The notes beneath the pieces are model-generated. The model was not told the origin of the DNA. It searched no databases and saw only the letters and a program-made list of their open reading frames with translations. Positions 1 to 23,100 of a stretch of 64,000 nucleotides of DNA are shown here, piece after piece; the first letter of the stretch is position 1; every line of letters starts with the position of its first letter. Source of the DNA: Chrysomallon squamiferum. Its lineage: Eukaryota > Animalia > Mollusca. The translations under genes and the position numbers were made by a program. Location: contig CM022673.1 of the NCBI GenBank assembly GCA_012295275.1, positions 18,166,001 to 18,230,000 of the forward strand. Reading direction: 5' to 3'.

Positions 1-158
1 TCTATGTTTGTATGTGTGTCTAAGTACATATTTGCATATGGGTGTTTGTATATGTGTGTGATGTGTATGTGTGTATTTGTATGAATTTAATAGGTGTGAG
101 TGTATGTATATGTGTCTGTAGTTCTGTGTTTGTGTATAATATATTACTTACTACATAC

Positions 159-8744
<8,586 letters not shown>

Positions 8745-8883
8745 GTTGCCAAACCAGTGAATGATATCGCCAAGAGCGAAGCAGTTAGCTCTACTTTCGA
8801 CACGTGAAAACTGTACGCCAATAAATTATGGAGTTTGGTTTCTCTCTCGTAGCTAGTAGAGCAGTGTATTCCACAATTTATCT

Positions 8884-8892
8884 CTATATATA
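8884..8892 (-). promoter_or_regulatory. Candidate TATA box of aminopeptidase gene
   Basis: TATATATAG on minus strand about 140 nt upstream of the ATG, in non-repetitive sequence. Confidence 0.35.
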
Positions 8893-9045
8893 AACACGCC
8901 ATCTCGTTTCAGTGTAACAGAGAGGTATGTATCTGTTAGTGCGTGTTTACTGAATATTTTGTTGTTCTAGCACTGGCTTTACATAATCATTTAAAACTCA
9001 CTAATCTAAGACAAAATTAAAAATTAAAAAAGAACGATAGTTTAA

Positions 9046-9117
<72 letters not shown>

Positions 9118-10608
9118 TAACAACAACAACAACACGAATAACAACAAAATAAATAAATAAATAAATTATTAAATACAATAAAATAAAAAATAATAATAAT
9201 AAAAGAATTAAAAAATGAAATGTTAAATTATTAAATGCTATGGATCTGGTTACCTTCATACAAATGTTAAATTTATTCAGCTGTTTAAAATGAAAGTCAA
9301 AGATGTCGACATCAAGTAAGTAATGATTAATAACACACGTTAAACAGAGTGTACCACTGTCAAACAAACAGACAAACAAATTAACTAATTATTTCAGTAA
9401 GGAAATAGTACGCTTTTTTTTGGTCAATACTGATTTCATTAACAAGCAATTATTATTATTATTATTTATTTATTATTTTATTTATTTTCTTCTTTATTTC
9501 TGTCTTTTTGATAAATATTTACCAAGTATTGTATGTGTTCAGTAATGTCTCCAACATCCTTATTCTTTCTCACTATCTCCCTCTCTCTTTCTGACTCTCT
9601 CCCTCTCTGTCTCTCTGTATCTCTCTCTGTGTGTCTGTCTCTCTGTGTCTGTCTTTGTTTTTCTATGTCTCCTGACTCTTTCTTTATTTCTCTCTCCTTC
9701 TCTTTCAATTTTTTTTTTGTATTTTCGTTTTCTGTCAGTCTGTTTCTAATGAATAGTTACGGTGTCTGTGCGTGTCTTAATCATTTATTTGTTTATTTTG
9801 TAATGACATAATGTATTCAAGCTCTGGTTAAGAGTCTCACAACCATATAAAGATGTATTATCTTTGTTATTGCAGTTTTATGTTCTGTTTTAATTCGTGT
9901 CAAATTGTTTTGTGTCTCACAGAGCGACAGTCTTATCAATCAGTTACACAGTCATATTCTCTATCAACTCTTTTTACTTACAGTTTCTACAACTTAACAT
10001 ATTTCAGATACCATTTTTCTTATCTGGATTTTTAAATTAATTATTTTCAACCAACGACGAACAGAAGAAAGACTTTTACATGCAGTCGACTGAAACGATA
10101 GACAGAACTCTTCTCCACGTATACTTGCATTTCTTCCGACGCATTCTGAAAATAAACATAATCAACTATGTGAACCCGAACTCGTACAGATAAAAAACAA
10201 AAAAATCTTGTTTATTAATCTAATGCGTCACTTTCTCTAGTTTAATACAGATTGAAGAACACAAAAATGATGTGCAGGAAGAAGATAAGTCTGGACGGAG
10301 AAGGCTAAGATTTCCTTTTTGAGGTAACCTTTCTGCTGATAAAAACAAATTGCTGTTTTCTACGATAAATTCTACTGCTCTGTTTTCTGCGATTACAAAA
10401 TGGTTTATCCCAGATTTCCACCAACGTGGTTGAGTTTCCTTTCTTTCTACAAACAGAAAATGATGCAATAAGGAAGTGAATTAATATTAATTTAATGTCA
10501 GTTCAGTTAACATGCCGAATCAGCATAAAAAACTTTTATTTCCACTATCAAAGAAGTATTATTATTTTTCTATTGTAGCTCTTTACTATTATTTTAACAT
10601 AATCAAAA

Positions 10609-10649
<41 letters not shown>

Positions 10650-10698
10650 ATAATAATAATAATAAAGGAAATAGAAATAAAGTCGAATAATACCAGAA

Positions 10699-10732
<34 letters not shown>

Positions 10733-10764
10733 TCTCTCTCTCTCCATTGTTCTGCTTCTCCCAG

Positions 10765-10820
<56 letters not shown>

Positions 10821-10879
10821 TATCTATAAGCCTCTTGTCTGAAGACCTGTCTGTCGATCTATCAGTGTGTCTGTCTTTC

Positions 10880-10935
10880 TATCTGTCTATATCTCTATCT
10901 ATCTATCTAATCTAATCTATCTATATATCTGTCTG

Positions 10936-10970
<35 letters not shown>

Positions 10971-11074
10971 GTCTGTCTGTCTGTCTGTCTGTCTAATCTA
11001 ATCTATCTATCTATCTGTCTATCTAATCTAATCTAATCTAATCTAATCTATCTATCTATCTATCTATCTATCTA

Positions 11075-11111
<37 letters not shown>

Positions 11112-11112
11112 G
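10880..11112. repeat. (TCTA)/(TCTG)/(TCTAA) compound microsatellite
   Basis: Directly visible. Confidence 0.95.
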
Positions 11113-12000
11113 ATATCTAACTATGCACGCCTGTGTATGCTTTATTTAGTTTTCTGTTTATTTACAATGATTCCTGTAAAAACACTTTAATTTTTCATGA
11201 ACACAGTAACCTTCTAGTTGTTTACAGTCTAGTTTTTGTTCTCTCACTGGCTCCATTTCCAATTAATCGTTGCAGATTACAGAGAGGTGTCTTTGTTTAC
11301 CAAACTCTCACGTTCTGTCTGCGACCACACTGCAAGTTCAGCCGCGGTTTGGAGCCCTCCTCGGGGTTCATCAGAACACTGAGTGTTTACTGAGTGTTTA
11401 CTGAGTGGCCACGACAGATCAGTTTCAGCGCCCAGATGTCTCCTGCCAGAAAGAGGAAGAAGTCACCTGATAAAACAAATGTTTTGAAAAATCACGCTGC
11501 ATCCGATGGAAAAGAAATGGAATTTGAATCGTTGAAAATAAACAGCGGATTAAACAGTTCAAGTGGAGGTGTAAACTCATTTTAAAACGTGTGAACATCG
11601 TGTCGTGCCTTTTTCGTGTCAGATGCTAAATTTAAGTAAAAACAATAAACAGTGAAAACATGGATTTTTTAAAATTACATTTATCATTTACTACTGATTA
11701 TTATTATTATTTTATATATATATATATATATATATATGTCGTAAAGAATTATGTAGAAAAAACAATAACGCAAATATTCGCCATTCTTAACAAATATTCG
11801 GAATTCTGTTTAAAGTCTCTTCTGTTTAATGCAAAAAGAGCTAAGTTGAATGTTGAAGACTGTCAGAAAAATATGACCTAATTAACTGTGTATTATACGT
11901 TATATCGGACTTTAATCTTGTCTTTAATTTCATATCTTCTCTTGCGATAAATGACTACAAAATATAAAGTGTCTCTAATTTGACCTGGTTTTATTACCAT

Positions 12001-12065
<65 letters not shown>

Positions 12066-12067
12066 AC

Positions 12068-12116
<49 letters not shown>

Positions 12117-12649
12117 GTAATAAATTTACGTTTTAACAAAGTTTTTAATTATAACCATTAAAGTTTATTGTGAAACAGTTAAACACCACATCTACTACAA
12201 CTATTTCACTATTTGTTTTTTTTTTTTTTTTTTTTTTTTCTGTTCATCGTTCTTCTGCCAGCTGGCCCTAAGTTCTGAATTAATTCCCCCCTCCCTTCCA
12301 TTCCCTCCTCACACTGTTCTCGCGCTATCTGAACGTGTAAACAATTTAAGTTTCACAACAGAAAAACGAGAGAATAAAAAAGTTTACAGCTGAGAACGTC
12401 TGGTGGAGTCTCGACGTGTGTCTGTTGTCGACTTTGATGTCGACCCTGTTTTGTCTTTGAACACACGCGCCTGTGGTGCCAGCCTCGAGAGGGAGGTGGC
12501 TGTTCACGGAAGGCGTTGCCAGGTGTGTGTTTCTGATAATCTTAGGCCACGAGAATACAAATGCGTTTTACGTGCTCAGACCGCATCCAATCCCAGTCGT
12601 CGTTTTCCGCAATGTTTTCTTTGCCAGCGATTTCATGTCAAAAAATCAT

Positions 12650-12708
12650 AAAACGCATGGTAAAACGCATGTTAAAACGCATGGTAAAACGCATGGTAAA
12701 ACGCATGG
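12650..12708. repeat. 12-bp tandem repeat x5 (taaaacgcatgg)
   Basis: Directly visible, at the edge of a CpG-rich island. Confidence 0.9.
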
Positions 12709-13054
12709 CAGCAGGTCAAAAAGTCAACAAAAAATATGCCAGTGGGCAAAATTTTAAGAGTAAAAATGTTATATTTTGAAGTGATATTGAAGTGAAAATG
12801 TCTGTTTCTAAAAATAATTTACAATAGCATATTATATGGAGTTTTCCATCACCACATACACACGTACCCTTCAAACACACACATGCACGCACATACACAT
12901 ACAAACAAGTTACAGAATATAATTTCTCTTATTAAAGAACTAATAAATAAAATCGGACGATAAACTTTTAATTCAGTTCACATGGCCTGACTGTTCAGGA
13001 TTTTATTTCTTTGTTTTTGTTTGGTATAAAAAGGTGATACCAGAAATACAATAT

Positions 13055-13086
<32 letters not shown>

Positions 13087-13594
13087 GTGATTATCAATTA
13101 TTAAACGTAGTGTTGAATCTCCAGATAAGAAGTCACGATAGTGAAATAGAAAAATATTAATTTAGTTTTGTAAACACTGGGGGGAAGGGGGGAATAAAAA
13201 ATAAGAAATATAAAATTAAAAATTGAAATTAATATTCTTTAGAACGTTCATCCGAAATTCACTCTGTATTACTTTTATTTATTTTATTTTTAATTTTTTT
13301 TTCACTGATGAATGAATAACTTTCTGATGTGAAACCATTTGAAGATAACTGTCAATAGAATGTCCACTAGTCTGATATGATCAATTGAGTAAAACTACGG
13401 TTTACCATTTCTGTCATAATTTAGAATACAGATCAACTTACTTCCATTAACTAAAACCGTTTATGTACAAAAACATACATATATATACACAAGCACATAC
13501 ACCCACATACATACATACATACATGCATACATGCATATATATATATATATATATATACACATGCACAAAAAAATACATATTCGTACGTGCTAAT

Positions 13595-13632
<38 letters not shown>

Positions 13633-16465
13633 TGATAATATCTATCTATGCACGCTTGAATATGCTTTATTTAGTTTTCTGTTAGCAACAATGGCATTTT
13701 CTTTCTTTCCCCCCCCCCCACTGACTTTGCTATAGACAGGAATACATGCATTGTGTGACTATTTCGTGGAAAAGGGAAATGAACCAATAGGAAATTTATT
13801 TGCGATCTGTCACGACTCTAACAATCTAATCACTGGGTTAGAGCCCTGTCGTACGCAGTTACGTGTATGATCAGTACATTCCTGTGTTTTTTTTTACTAA
13901 CACTGACTCTGTGATAAACAGAATTCCAGTCAGTACGTTATTATACATTCTTCGACCATCACGTGATGGTTGTATTATTCAGTCATATGTTGTATTGGGG
14001 TGGTGAAACTAAAACGTTTGTGAACAAACGCCTGAATTATGAGACAAATGGCCAACCATAACAGAAATGAGATGAGTTTCCCCTTTGAGATGTGTCTGTG
14101 ATGAAAATTATAAATTATTAATGAAGTACATGTATCTGTAGTGTGGCTAGGTCTGTACGTTACATTGCAGGGAATACTCAGTGGGACAATGAAAACATTT
14201 AGAAAAATAACACGTGAATTACTCTACTATATTACAACATTTACCAAGTAATCATTTCCTATTATATATATTTTATATGTATCTTTGTATGTGTGTATGT
14301 ATGTGTCTGTGTGTGTGTGTGTATATAAGTGCATGTGTTTGCATTATAAATATTATTTCTGGTAACCATTGTTAAATGTTATTAGTCTCTTCATAATTAT
14401 TAAAGTTAAATATGAAAATAGAAGCCTTTTGTTGCATTTCAAATTGTTCTTCTTCATGTGTAGCAGAGTGGATTATTTTCTAATTTACACTTCTAACAGA
14501 TTAAAAAAACACAGCATAGCTAGTCTTTGTTCATTATATTTGAAAGAATCTCTGATTAATTTAACAACAGCAATATAATAATAGAAATGAAAACAATACG
14601 AGTATTTAGATTTATTTCATTCTTACAATAAAAATAAATTAAAGCAAGATCTAAAACGAGGCCCATGAAACAAGACAAGCTGTTTTCTTCAAGTATGTGA
14701 GAAAAATAAATACATGATGACGTTGTTAATCATCTAACATTAGTACGACATAAAGGTGCAATGAACTGAATGGTTACTTTTATCGAGAGATTAAACAGGA
14801 GCCAGTCCAACAAAATATCAATTTAATAATTTGATTAATCACTTCAGAATTTCAACAGAAAACTGTTTAACAAATATGTCAGCAGTTCTGTAAACAAACG
14901 CTTTTGGCCTGTGACCTTTGGAACATGGACATTTCAGATTAGGACATTTTGACCAGTCCTTTAACCCAGGGAGGTCACGGGGCCTGCATTTATTGTATTT
15001 GTGTAACATACATGTTCATTATTAGACATTACAGAGGTGGTTGACCTAACCTTTTTCAAACTGTACATGGGCTTCTCAAAGTTATGTTCATCACGAGCAC
15101 TTTTGTTTTACTCAAGAAAAATAAATGTGTGTATGTATATGTTAATAACTAATAATAATAATAATTTAGTGTCACAATTTACATTATTATTACTATTATT
15201 GTTAATATTTATGATCATTGTTGGTATTATTATTATTATTATTATTGGTATACATATTGTTGTTGCTGCTGTCATTTATAAATATTAAGTAAGTTTGTTT
15301 TTCAGCAAGGTAAAAATGTGAAATTAGTAACGTTATTAAAACATCTGTTCTCTTTCAACAACACAGAATTTGAAAGCCAGTGGAAAAAAAAAAGAGAGAA
15401 AAAAGAGAAAATTCTAAATTCTGTATCTGGAAAACATTTATTATTTTTAAACAAACAAATAACAACAACAAAAATAAGTGAATACAAAAAAGAAAAACAG
15501 AAAAGAAAAGAAAGGAAAAGCAAAAACTAAAATAAAAAAATAAAAAAATAAGAAGCAAGTGAAATGACACAAACAAAATTTTAATGTTCATTATAAAAAC
15601 TGTTTTTAAACAGTTTAATACACAAAGTATTAAATACATTACAGATAAAATGAAATAGTTATTTTAATTCTAACTTCTCTTGACATAATTATTATTTCAT
15701 ACAAATATCATTTCTAAATCATTTCTGCAGCTTCAGTGAAATCAACTAGTTTTAAAATAATTTGCAATAATGCCCATCAAAAACACTATTACTGTTAGAA
15801 ATATAAAACAGAAAGTCACACATAATTATAGCAAATAATACCATTTATTAACTAACAGCAGTTTAAGTAACAATTTTTTTTTTTTTAAATAATCAAACAA
15901 TTACTATCATGATTATTTTGTTTTTCAGTAAACAGCAACAAATACATATTTTGTATGAATTGTAAAGATTATTCATGTTTTTAACAGTTTTGATAGGTTT
16001 TAAATCAAACAGCTGAGAAAGGCATTACAGCTAAAACAGAAGAAATTAATAACATAAACGTTATTATGAATTTGGTAATATTAAACACATCCTTAGAAGA
16101 AGCTTATTAGAATGGTTCATTCTCTTGAGGTGTCTGAACTTGTCACTATAGTGACTACAGTTAGTTTTTTGACTACAGTGACTACAATTTGTCTTGTGGC
16201 TGTATTATTAGTTCAGCACCATCAGTATAGCTTGATGTAAATTAGAAAAGATATTAAAAGTAAACAAAGATATTGGAATAGAAACATGAAGTAATTATTA
16301 TTATGTATTTATCGCCAGTTCAAACAGCAATGTAGCTGTTTACTTGGAATGAAGCAAGGCTTGGATCCATCATCAGAGTAAAGGGAGAAAACCAAGTTAT
16401 GATTTTATTACTGATCAAATCATTATGCCATTTTCACAAACAAAATCTCAGATAACATTAAATAC

Positions 16466-16500
<35 letters not shown>

Positions 16501-17195
16501 CAAGTTAAGAGATGGAATAAAAGTGACTCAAACAAGGTGTGTTAATTAAACTCTAAAAGCAAATGCACAAAAATCAAAACTGATCTGGTAAGTTCTTTCA
16601 ACATTAAACTTATTGTACACTTCATCTGTTGAAAAGACTGTTGTTATCATAACCTTGAAACAAATTCAGTTACTTTCTTTTCTTCTTTTTTCTTTTTTTC
16701 AGCCATACAGTGCTTCAGAATTAAATAGAAATTATAAACTACAAAATATTTCTGGCAACAAAAACAAATACTGAAACTTAATAAGAAATGGAAGCTAATA
16801 TCACATAATTTATAATAAACAGAAATAAAATCTTTGTTAAATATACTTAGAGGTTGTCAGATAAATGTGCTAAACTACAAATATTTACACATATTTTACA
16901 TGTTTGAAATATCACTCAATTATAGTCTTCTTTTTTATTTTATTTTTTATTTATATTTAATTTTGGAATGCAAAATCTTGTGAATTAAAATATTCAAATG
17001 TAAGCAATCTAAATATTTTAAATTTTATTCTCTAAATTTGGCAAAAAAAATAAATAGAAAGTTAAACTATAAAAAATAAAGAGGAACTGTTCTCTGTCTG
17101 TCTCTGTGCATTAAATGATGAAAACAGGTGTGAACTAAATTATTGCAAAAAGGAGTGATATCAAAATTTTGGAAATTCTGTACAGACTGAATCTT

Positions 17196-20100
17196 CTAGT
17201 CTTCATCCTCTTCTGTGAGTGGGGCCAGTTTTGCATAGGTCACAGTCCGAATCATTGGACACTGGTCATTCAGATTCTGGATCATATGAGGATGGACTCG
17301 AGTGTAGTCAAGATTAAGAAGTGTAAGATTTTTGAGTCGTAGACTTGCAATACCTGACAAATTACAAAAATATCTTCATAACTGAGATCTGTCTTCTTTA
17401 GGAAAAAACGTATCATTAAAGAATTGCAATTTAAAAAAAAAGAAAGGCAGTTAATACTGATATTAAATTAATACTGATTCATCATCAAAAAGAGAAATTT
17501 GGGTCAAAATATACTTCTGAAACCATCACATTTTATCAGTTTTATATTATATATAATATTAACTAAATACTGTTTTATCATTGTAAATAATGCATTAAAT
17601 AAAACAGAAATATAATAAGAGACAAAAAGATTCATTTTAAATCAATTTTTTTAATTATGTTATTTCAAAACATTCTGCTTATGTTTACTGTTTTGAATCA
17701 GCAATGATTATCCCCCAGTCTCTAAACATCAGATTTAACAACCATCACAACAATACTGTGAAACACAAACTAAATTATCACAGACCTGTTAAGTAAAATT
17801 TTAAACACACCTTTGTCTGAGATGTTTGTTCTGCTGAGGTTTAACTTAGACAACATCTGACATTCACTGAGGACACCAGACACGAGAAAGTGACTTGTTA
17901 CACTGAAAATATCAACAACAAACAGTTGCAGTTAGTTTAATAACACCAGTTAAACAAATCAGTCTTCTATAATCAGCTACACAAACATTTGTTAACTGCT
18001 ATACACCAAGGTCTGTTTTGTTCACTGACATCATTTATTTTTATTATCAATATTATATATGTAAGTTATAACAGTAACTAATGCTGAAACGGAGTAACAT
18101 AAATTAGTTTTTAGCAAGTGTTTTGTTTAATGATGTCATTTGTTTTTCTAACAATAATGAATAAACAAATCAATGGATCCTAACTAATCCTGAAATTTAG
18201 GGTTATTTGTTTTTCATTTTAAGTATTTCATGATATACAAATGTCTGTGTAATAAAAGAAATCAAATATTATGTTACTGATAAAAATCAGTAAGTTGTAC
18301 ATGTATTTATTTTTAATGGTTGTAAGATATAACAAATATTTACCTTGTTGAAGCCAAACTCAGTTCTTCAAGTTTTGTAAAATCTACAAAGTAAAGTTTT
18401 ACTGTTTAATCTTTTTTATTAAAACAATGGTCATACTGATTATTTCACTATTTAGTTCTAGAAAAGATTTTAAATGAAGATCAATTTGTTGATGAACTAT
18501 AAAAGAAGAAAAATAAGTAATAAAATAAAAAAAAATAACAAATAAAAATTTAAAAACAAAACATGAATATAAAATATAGATATAATAATAATAATAACAG
18601 TAATAACAGTAATAACAATAACAACAAAACTGAAATAATAAGTTTAAAACAACAGTACTAATAATACAGCAGCAGCAACAGTAATAAGAATAAAGTAAAA
18701 CAAAGAAAGTGTGTAAAAAAAAAGAGACTTACGTTTTAGAACTCTGACTCCCACATCAGACACCATTGTCCTGTCCAGGTACAGAACCTGCAGGTTAATC
18801 AAACCTGAAATCAACAATAACATCTATTTATATAACATGTGGTCCAGAAATTAAAAACATATTAAATATTCAAAATATCACAGACTGGTCTCTAACAAAA
18901 AATAAAATAAATAAAATAAAATAAAATAAAATAAAATAAATAAAATATTAATAATAAGAGATAATATTAATAAAACAAATATTTGAAAAAAAGAAAACAT
19001 CATAATAAAACATCCAATGAGTTATAATTTTGATTTAACATAAGAACAAAAACAATACCTTCTAAATAAAACATTCCTTCATCTGTTAACTTTGTGTTAC
19101 TCAGAAGTAGAGTTGTTAGGCTGGAAATAATAATAAAAACATCTGTCAAACCATAATTAATTTAACAACATACTGTAATTTAAGGAAACATATTCTAAAT
19201 AAGTCACATGGGGAGTTGTAGGATCAATCCTCCCTACTGACTAGTGTATCACATACTAAAACAAGTTTTACTGGCTATAATGATAATAATAATATACATC
19301 TATCTATCAAGCATCATTTCTTTCTAATTACTCAGTAATTGAGCCAGTAATTTACTGGCTCAATTTTTCTATCAGATACATTATTATTACTATACATATA
19401 AGCATTTAATAAAGATATTCTATGTAAAGTTATTGATGATTTTTAAAAATAAAAAGCAGAAAATGAGGTAAACATCTCACCTGGTTATTTTTCCAACATG
19501 GACCAAACCCTCATCTCCAATGTGTATGAAGTTAGTGAGGTCGAGAGCTGTGAGGTTCATGTTGACAAGGTGACTCAGACCCTCGTTTGTTGTTGTGTGT
19601 CTGCTTGGCATGTACAGTGTGTGCAGCTTTAAACCTAGAATTAGGGAGATCACTTGAAAATCATATCATATCATTTGAAACAGGCCCTCAAAAGAAACAA
19701 TTAGCATTTTGAATTTTGTAATTTGGATAAGTAGTTTGTAAACAACATCAAATCAAAGATGTTACAATGCCCGATTTTTGAGAAACAGTGAGCCAGCAAT
19801 TACATTACATCTTAAAACAAAGATGGCACCAGAAACACCACATTTCTTCTGTTCTTGTGCATGTATGTTTCTATTTTCAACAATTTTTATCCAACTGTTG
19901 TAAAATTTTGTATACTGTTAAAAAAGAGACTATGAAAGTTAACTATCAACATTTTATTATTTTCCATAATTTGCTTATATTTTCATACAGCGAAAAACAA
20001 ATAAATCATTTTAATGTTAACAAACTATTTAGTTACTAGTTATGAAAAATAATTAGATATCTCTTTCAATCATAGACAGGTTGTTTATTTGTTAAATTTT

Positions 20101-23100
20101 TACTTTTAACAACAATACAATGTACGATGCAATATAAACTAGTAACAGGATAGTTACAATATGTAATGATACATAATATATATACACTCAGTCACATTAT
20201 GCCATCATCAGCACATCTTGAATTCCAGTAAAATTTTCATCCATGTACTATGTTCTAACAAGTTACAAGGAATGACACAGATAATAGTTATAAATATAAT
20301 TAAATGTCTAAACTCAGTGAAAATGATTTTCACATTCCCGATACATCTTTGAAATATTGATACTCTCAGGAATACTGAATGTTTGTCCACTGGAATCATT
20401 TGGAGCAATGTTAAAATTACTGAAAAGGACAAATCTGGCATCCACATCTTTGATATAATGATTTGTTGGCCACTTGACAACCCTAAATCCTTATGGCTGT
20501 AGAAATATTTTGAAGAATTTTGATTGTTGCTACTTTATTTTGAACTGTCAACACCTCACCTACAAACCAGTCAGTATCATAGGCTACAGCTGTTACTTGG
20601 TTTTGAGTAAACTGGTCACTTTTCTGTACGTTTGGACCATTCTTTGGCTTTTTTATTATTTGTAGCGCTGAATGGATATTTTTCTTCTTTCCTTTCAAAT
20701 GTTGTGATGAGATGACTGAATGACAGGTAAGTTCTGAAGCATTTTGTAATGGATGGATCCAATGATAGATTTCAAATTTTCTGCAAGCTGGATCAGTAAC
20801 ACAGGCTGCTGCTCTTTTTGAAACTTTGCAAGATATTTATTAATCAGAATGACTTTTTGCATATGTACATGATATTTTATCTGTTCCTTAACTGCTAGTT
20901 TACTTGCACTGTCACATAACTGTATCTCTCGGTCAACTTACTTGTACCATAACCATGCAGAAATCATTTTCTGTGCTATTTTTTCTGCAGATTCTCTTTA
21001 CTTTTGTTCCCATACTTCCGTTTCTCTCTTTCTTTCTGCTAGAATTCGCTGATATTTTTTAAGTATTTCCTTTCATTGCTGATATTCTGTTTGTCTTCTT
21101 TGTTTAGCAGTATATAGATACTTTCTTCTCTTGCTACTGGAATGAGATTTCAGATACTTGTCAGTCTTGTTTCTAACCTAAAGTATAACTCCTGCTTGTG
21201 ACGAGGTTGGTTTTTGTGGTGCTCTTTTCGCAAGGCTGTCAAGGTCACAAAAGTTAGCTTCAGATATTTTGTTGTGCCTTGGAACACCAGCAGTTTCCTC
21301 TATAATTTTCTGACTTGGTTGATAAAAGTTCCTCCTGGAAGCTGATCATGTAACTTGCAAAAAAGCAAAGGGATAAATGAGTGTAAAACCTTTTGTATGG
21401 CAGTCTTTGGTTTTAGACTGGATTCCAGCATCTTGACTTTTAACAGATCAGCCCATACATGATCCTTTGTGATAGAAACCCCTGTGGAAATGGATTCACC
21501 ACAAAGAAGATCTGTAGCATCTTTGCTGGCACAGTTTTTCTGCAACAGTTCAGACCACTTTTTCACACTTATCAATGCTAATACGACTTGCCAACAATTC
21601 CGAGTTTGTTGCTCAAACATCATTTGAATATTTTATTGTATGATTCAACCACTAAATTAGCTTTAATGTTTCAAGTTTGTCTTTGAGTTCTGTATTTTCA
21701 AATTTGTTGAACTGTTATACTGTTTCAATTTCTTCCACACATTTTTCCAATGTGAAGCACACTTCTGAGCATTAACTGTTGTTTTGTGGTTGTTGTCTAC
21801 TTTTTCTTTAAGTCTGATATTGATAAGTTTTTCATTTAGCAGTATATCTTTCAGGCTTTTTAATTCTTTTTCAGAATTGCTGTTTACAAATTTTGTCATC
21901 TTTTCTTTTTTCTCTCTTGTTAGAATGTCTTGGTGTGAACTTTGACAGTTTATTTTTTAATACTTCTTGCTTCTTAATTTGTGTCAACAACTTTCTCTGC
22001 ACAGAATCCAGTTGTCTTCTTTTGGCAGCTAGTGCTCTGCCTGCACAGTTTCTTTGCATGGTACACTGCTTGTGTTGGACACATGCATTGCCTCCAATAA
22101 AGAACTGATTTTAGAATCTGGATATTCAGTAGGTTTTTCAATATTGCAGTCAGTATTATGAGGCAACTGGAGTGTTTTTGGAATATGATGTAGTTGGTTT
22201 TCAAAATTAACAATTTTTTCAGGATCAAATTTTTTTATTTGTTTTCCACAGCCCCTTCATCTGGATAATTGGGTGGTGAGATTGTGCATATTTTACAAAG
22301 CCAGGTGATGATAGCACGTTTCCATGGAAGATTGGACTTCCTCAGAAATTGTCTCAATTCAAGAATTAGTCCAACTGTGACTGAACAATTTTCTTGAACA
22401 TTTCCAGCTAGGAGATCTTTGGCTGAATATCCTGCAATGCTTGTGTTTTCCCAATGTAATAATGGTATTGCCTGTATCAGTATTTCATTTTCATTTTCAT
22501 TCTTTTATCATTTCTCAATTGCTTTTTTCGCAGAAGAAGTCAAATCTGAAATAGTGGCTGGTAAATTTATATCTGGTCTGATAGATTTCAATACATTTGG
22601 CATAAAATTCTGAATGTTTCTAGCATTTTCTTCTAATGTTGTCGGTACAATCCAAAGGTAACAAAACAAGTAACATCTTCTACTGATTCATCAGCAATTA
22701 TGTCAAGGAAAGACTACATCATTCCAAAGAAATTCAGCCATTTCACAGAATAAACACTGCAGTCTTCTGAGCTGAAAAATAAAATTACCAAAGAATTATG
22801 TTTTTGCGGAACATTTGGATATGTGTTCCTTGGCAGTCTTCTTGGCAAGGTTATACGTGTTTCTAAATACATGTTTATGAACCTTTTTTTTCAACTGGGG
22901 CTTACATATCCTAGCTTGTAGGCAAACCTGCTCATACAATATTATTAATATATACACACCCTCGTTCTTTACACAGAAAGTGAAAATAATGTACTGCTCC
23001 CGAAACATTTGAAAACAAATTTATATATAGTTGATCCCCACCTGATAAAGATAAATAATTATATATTGTACTGGGTATAATGTATAATAAATATTAAATT

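Noticed and set aside
16142-16155. Palindrome gtcactatagtgac with nearby gactaca repeats in the presumed 3' UTR
   Set aside because: Too short to support a structured RNA or SECIS call; the gene has no in-frame TGA
20517-20534. ttttgattgttgct resembling the 5' end of miR-315
   Set aside because: Match stops after 14 nt, no hairpin seen, and it lies inside the transposon relic
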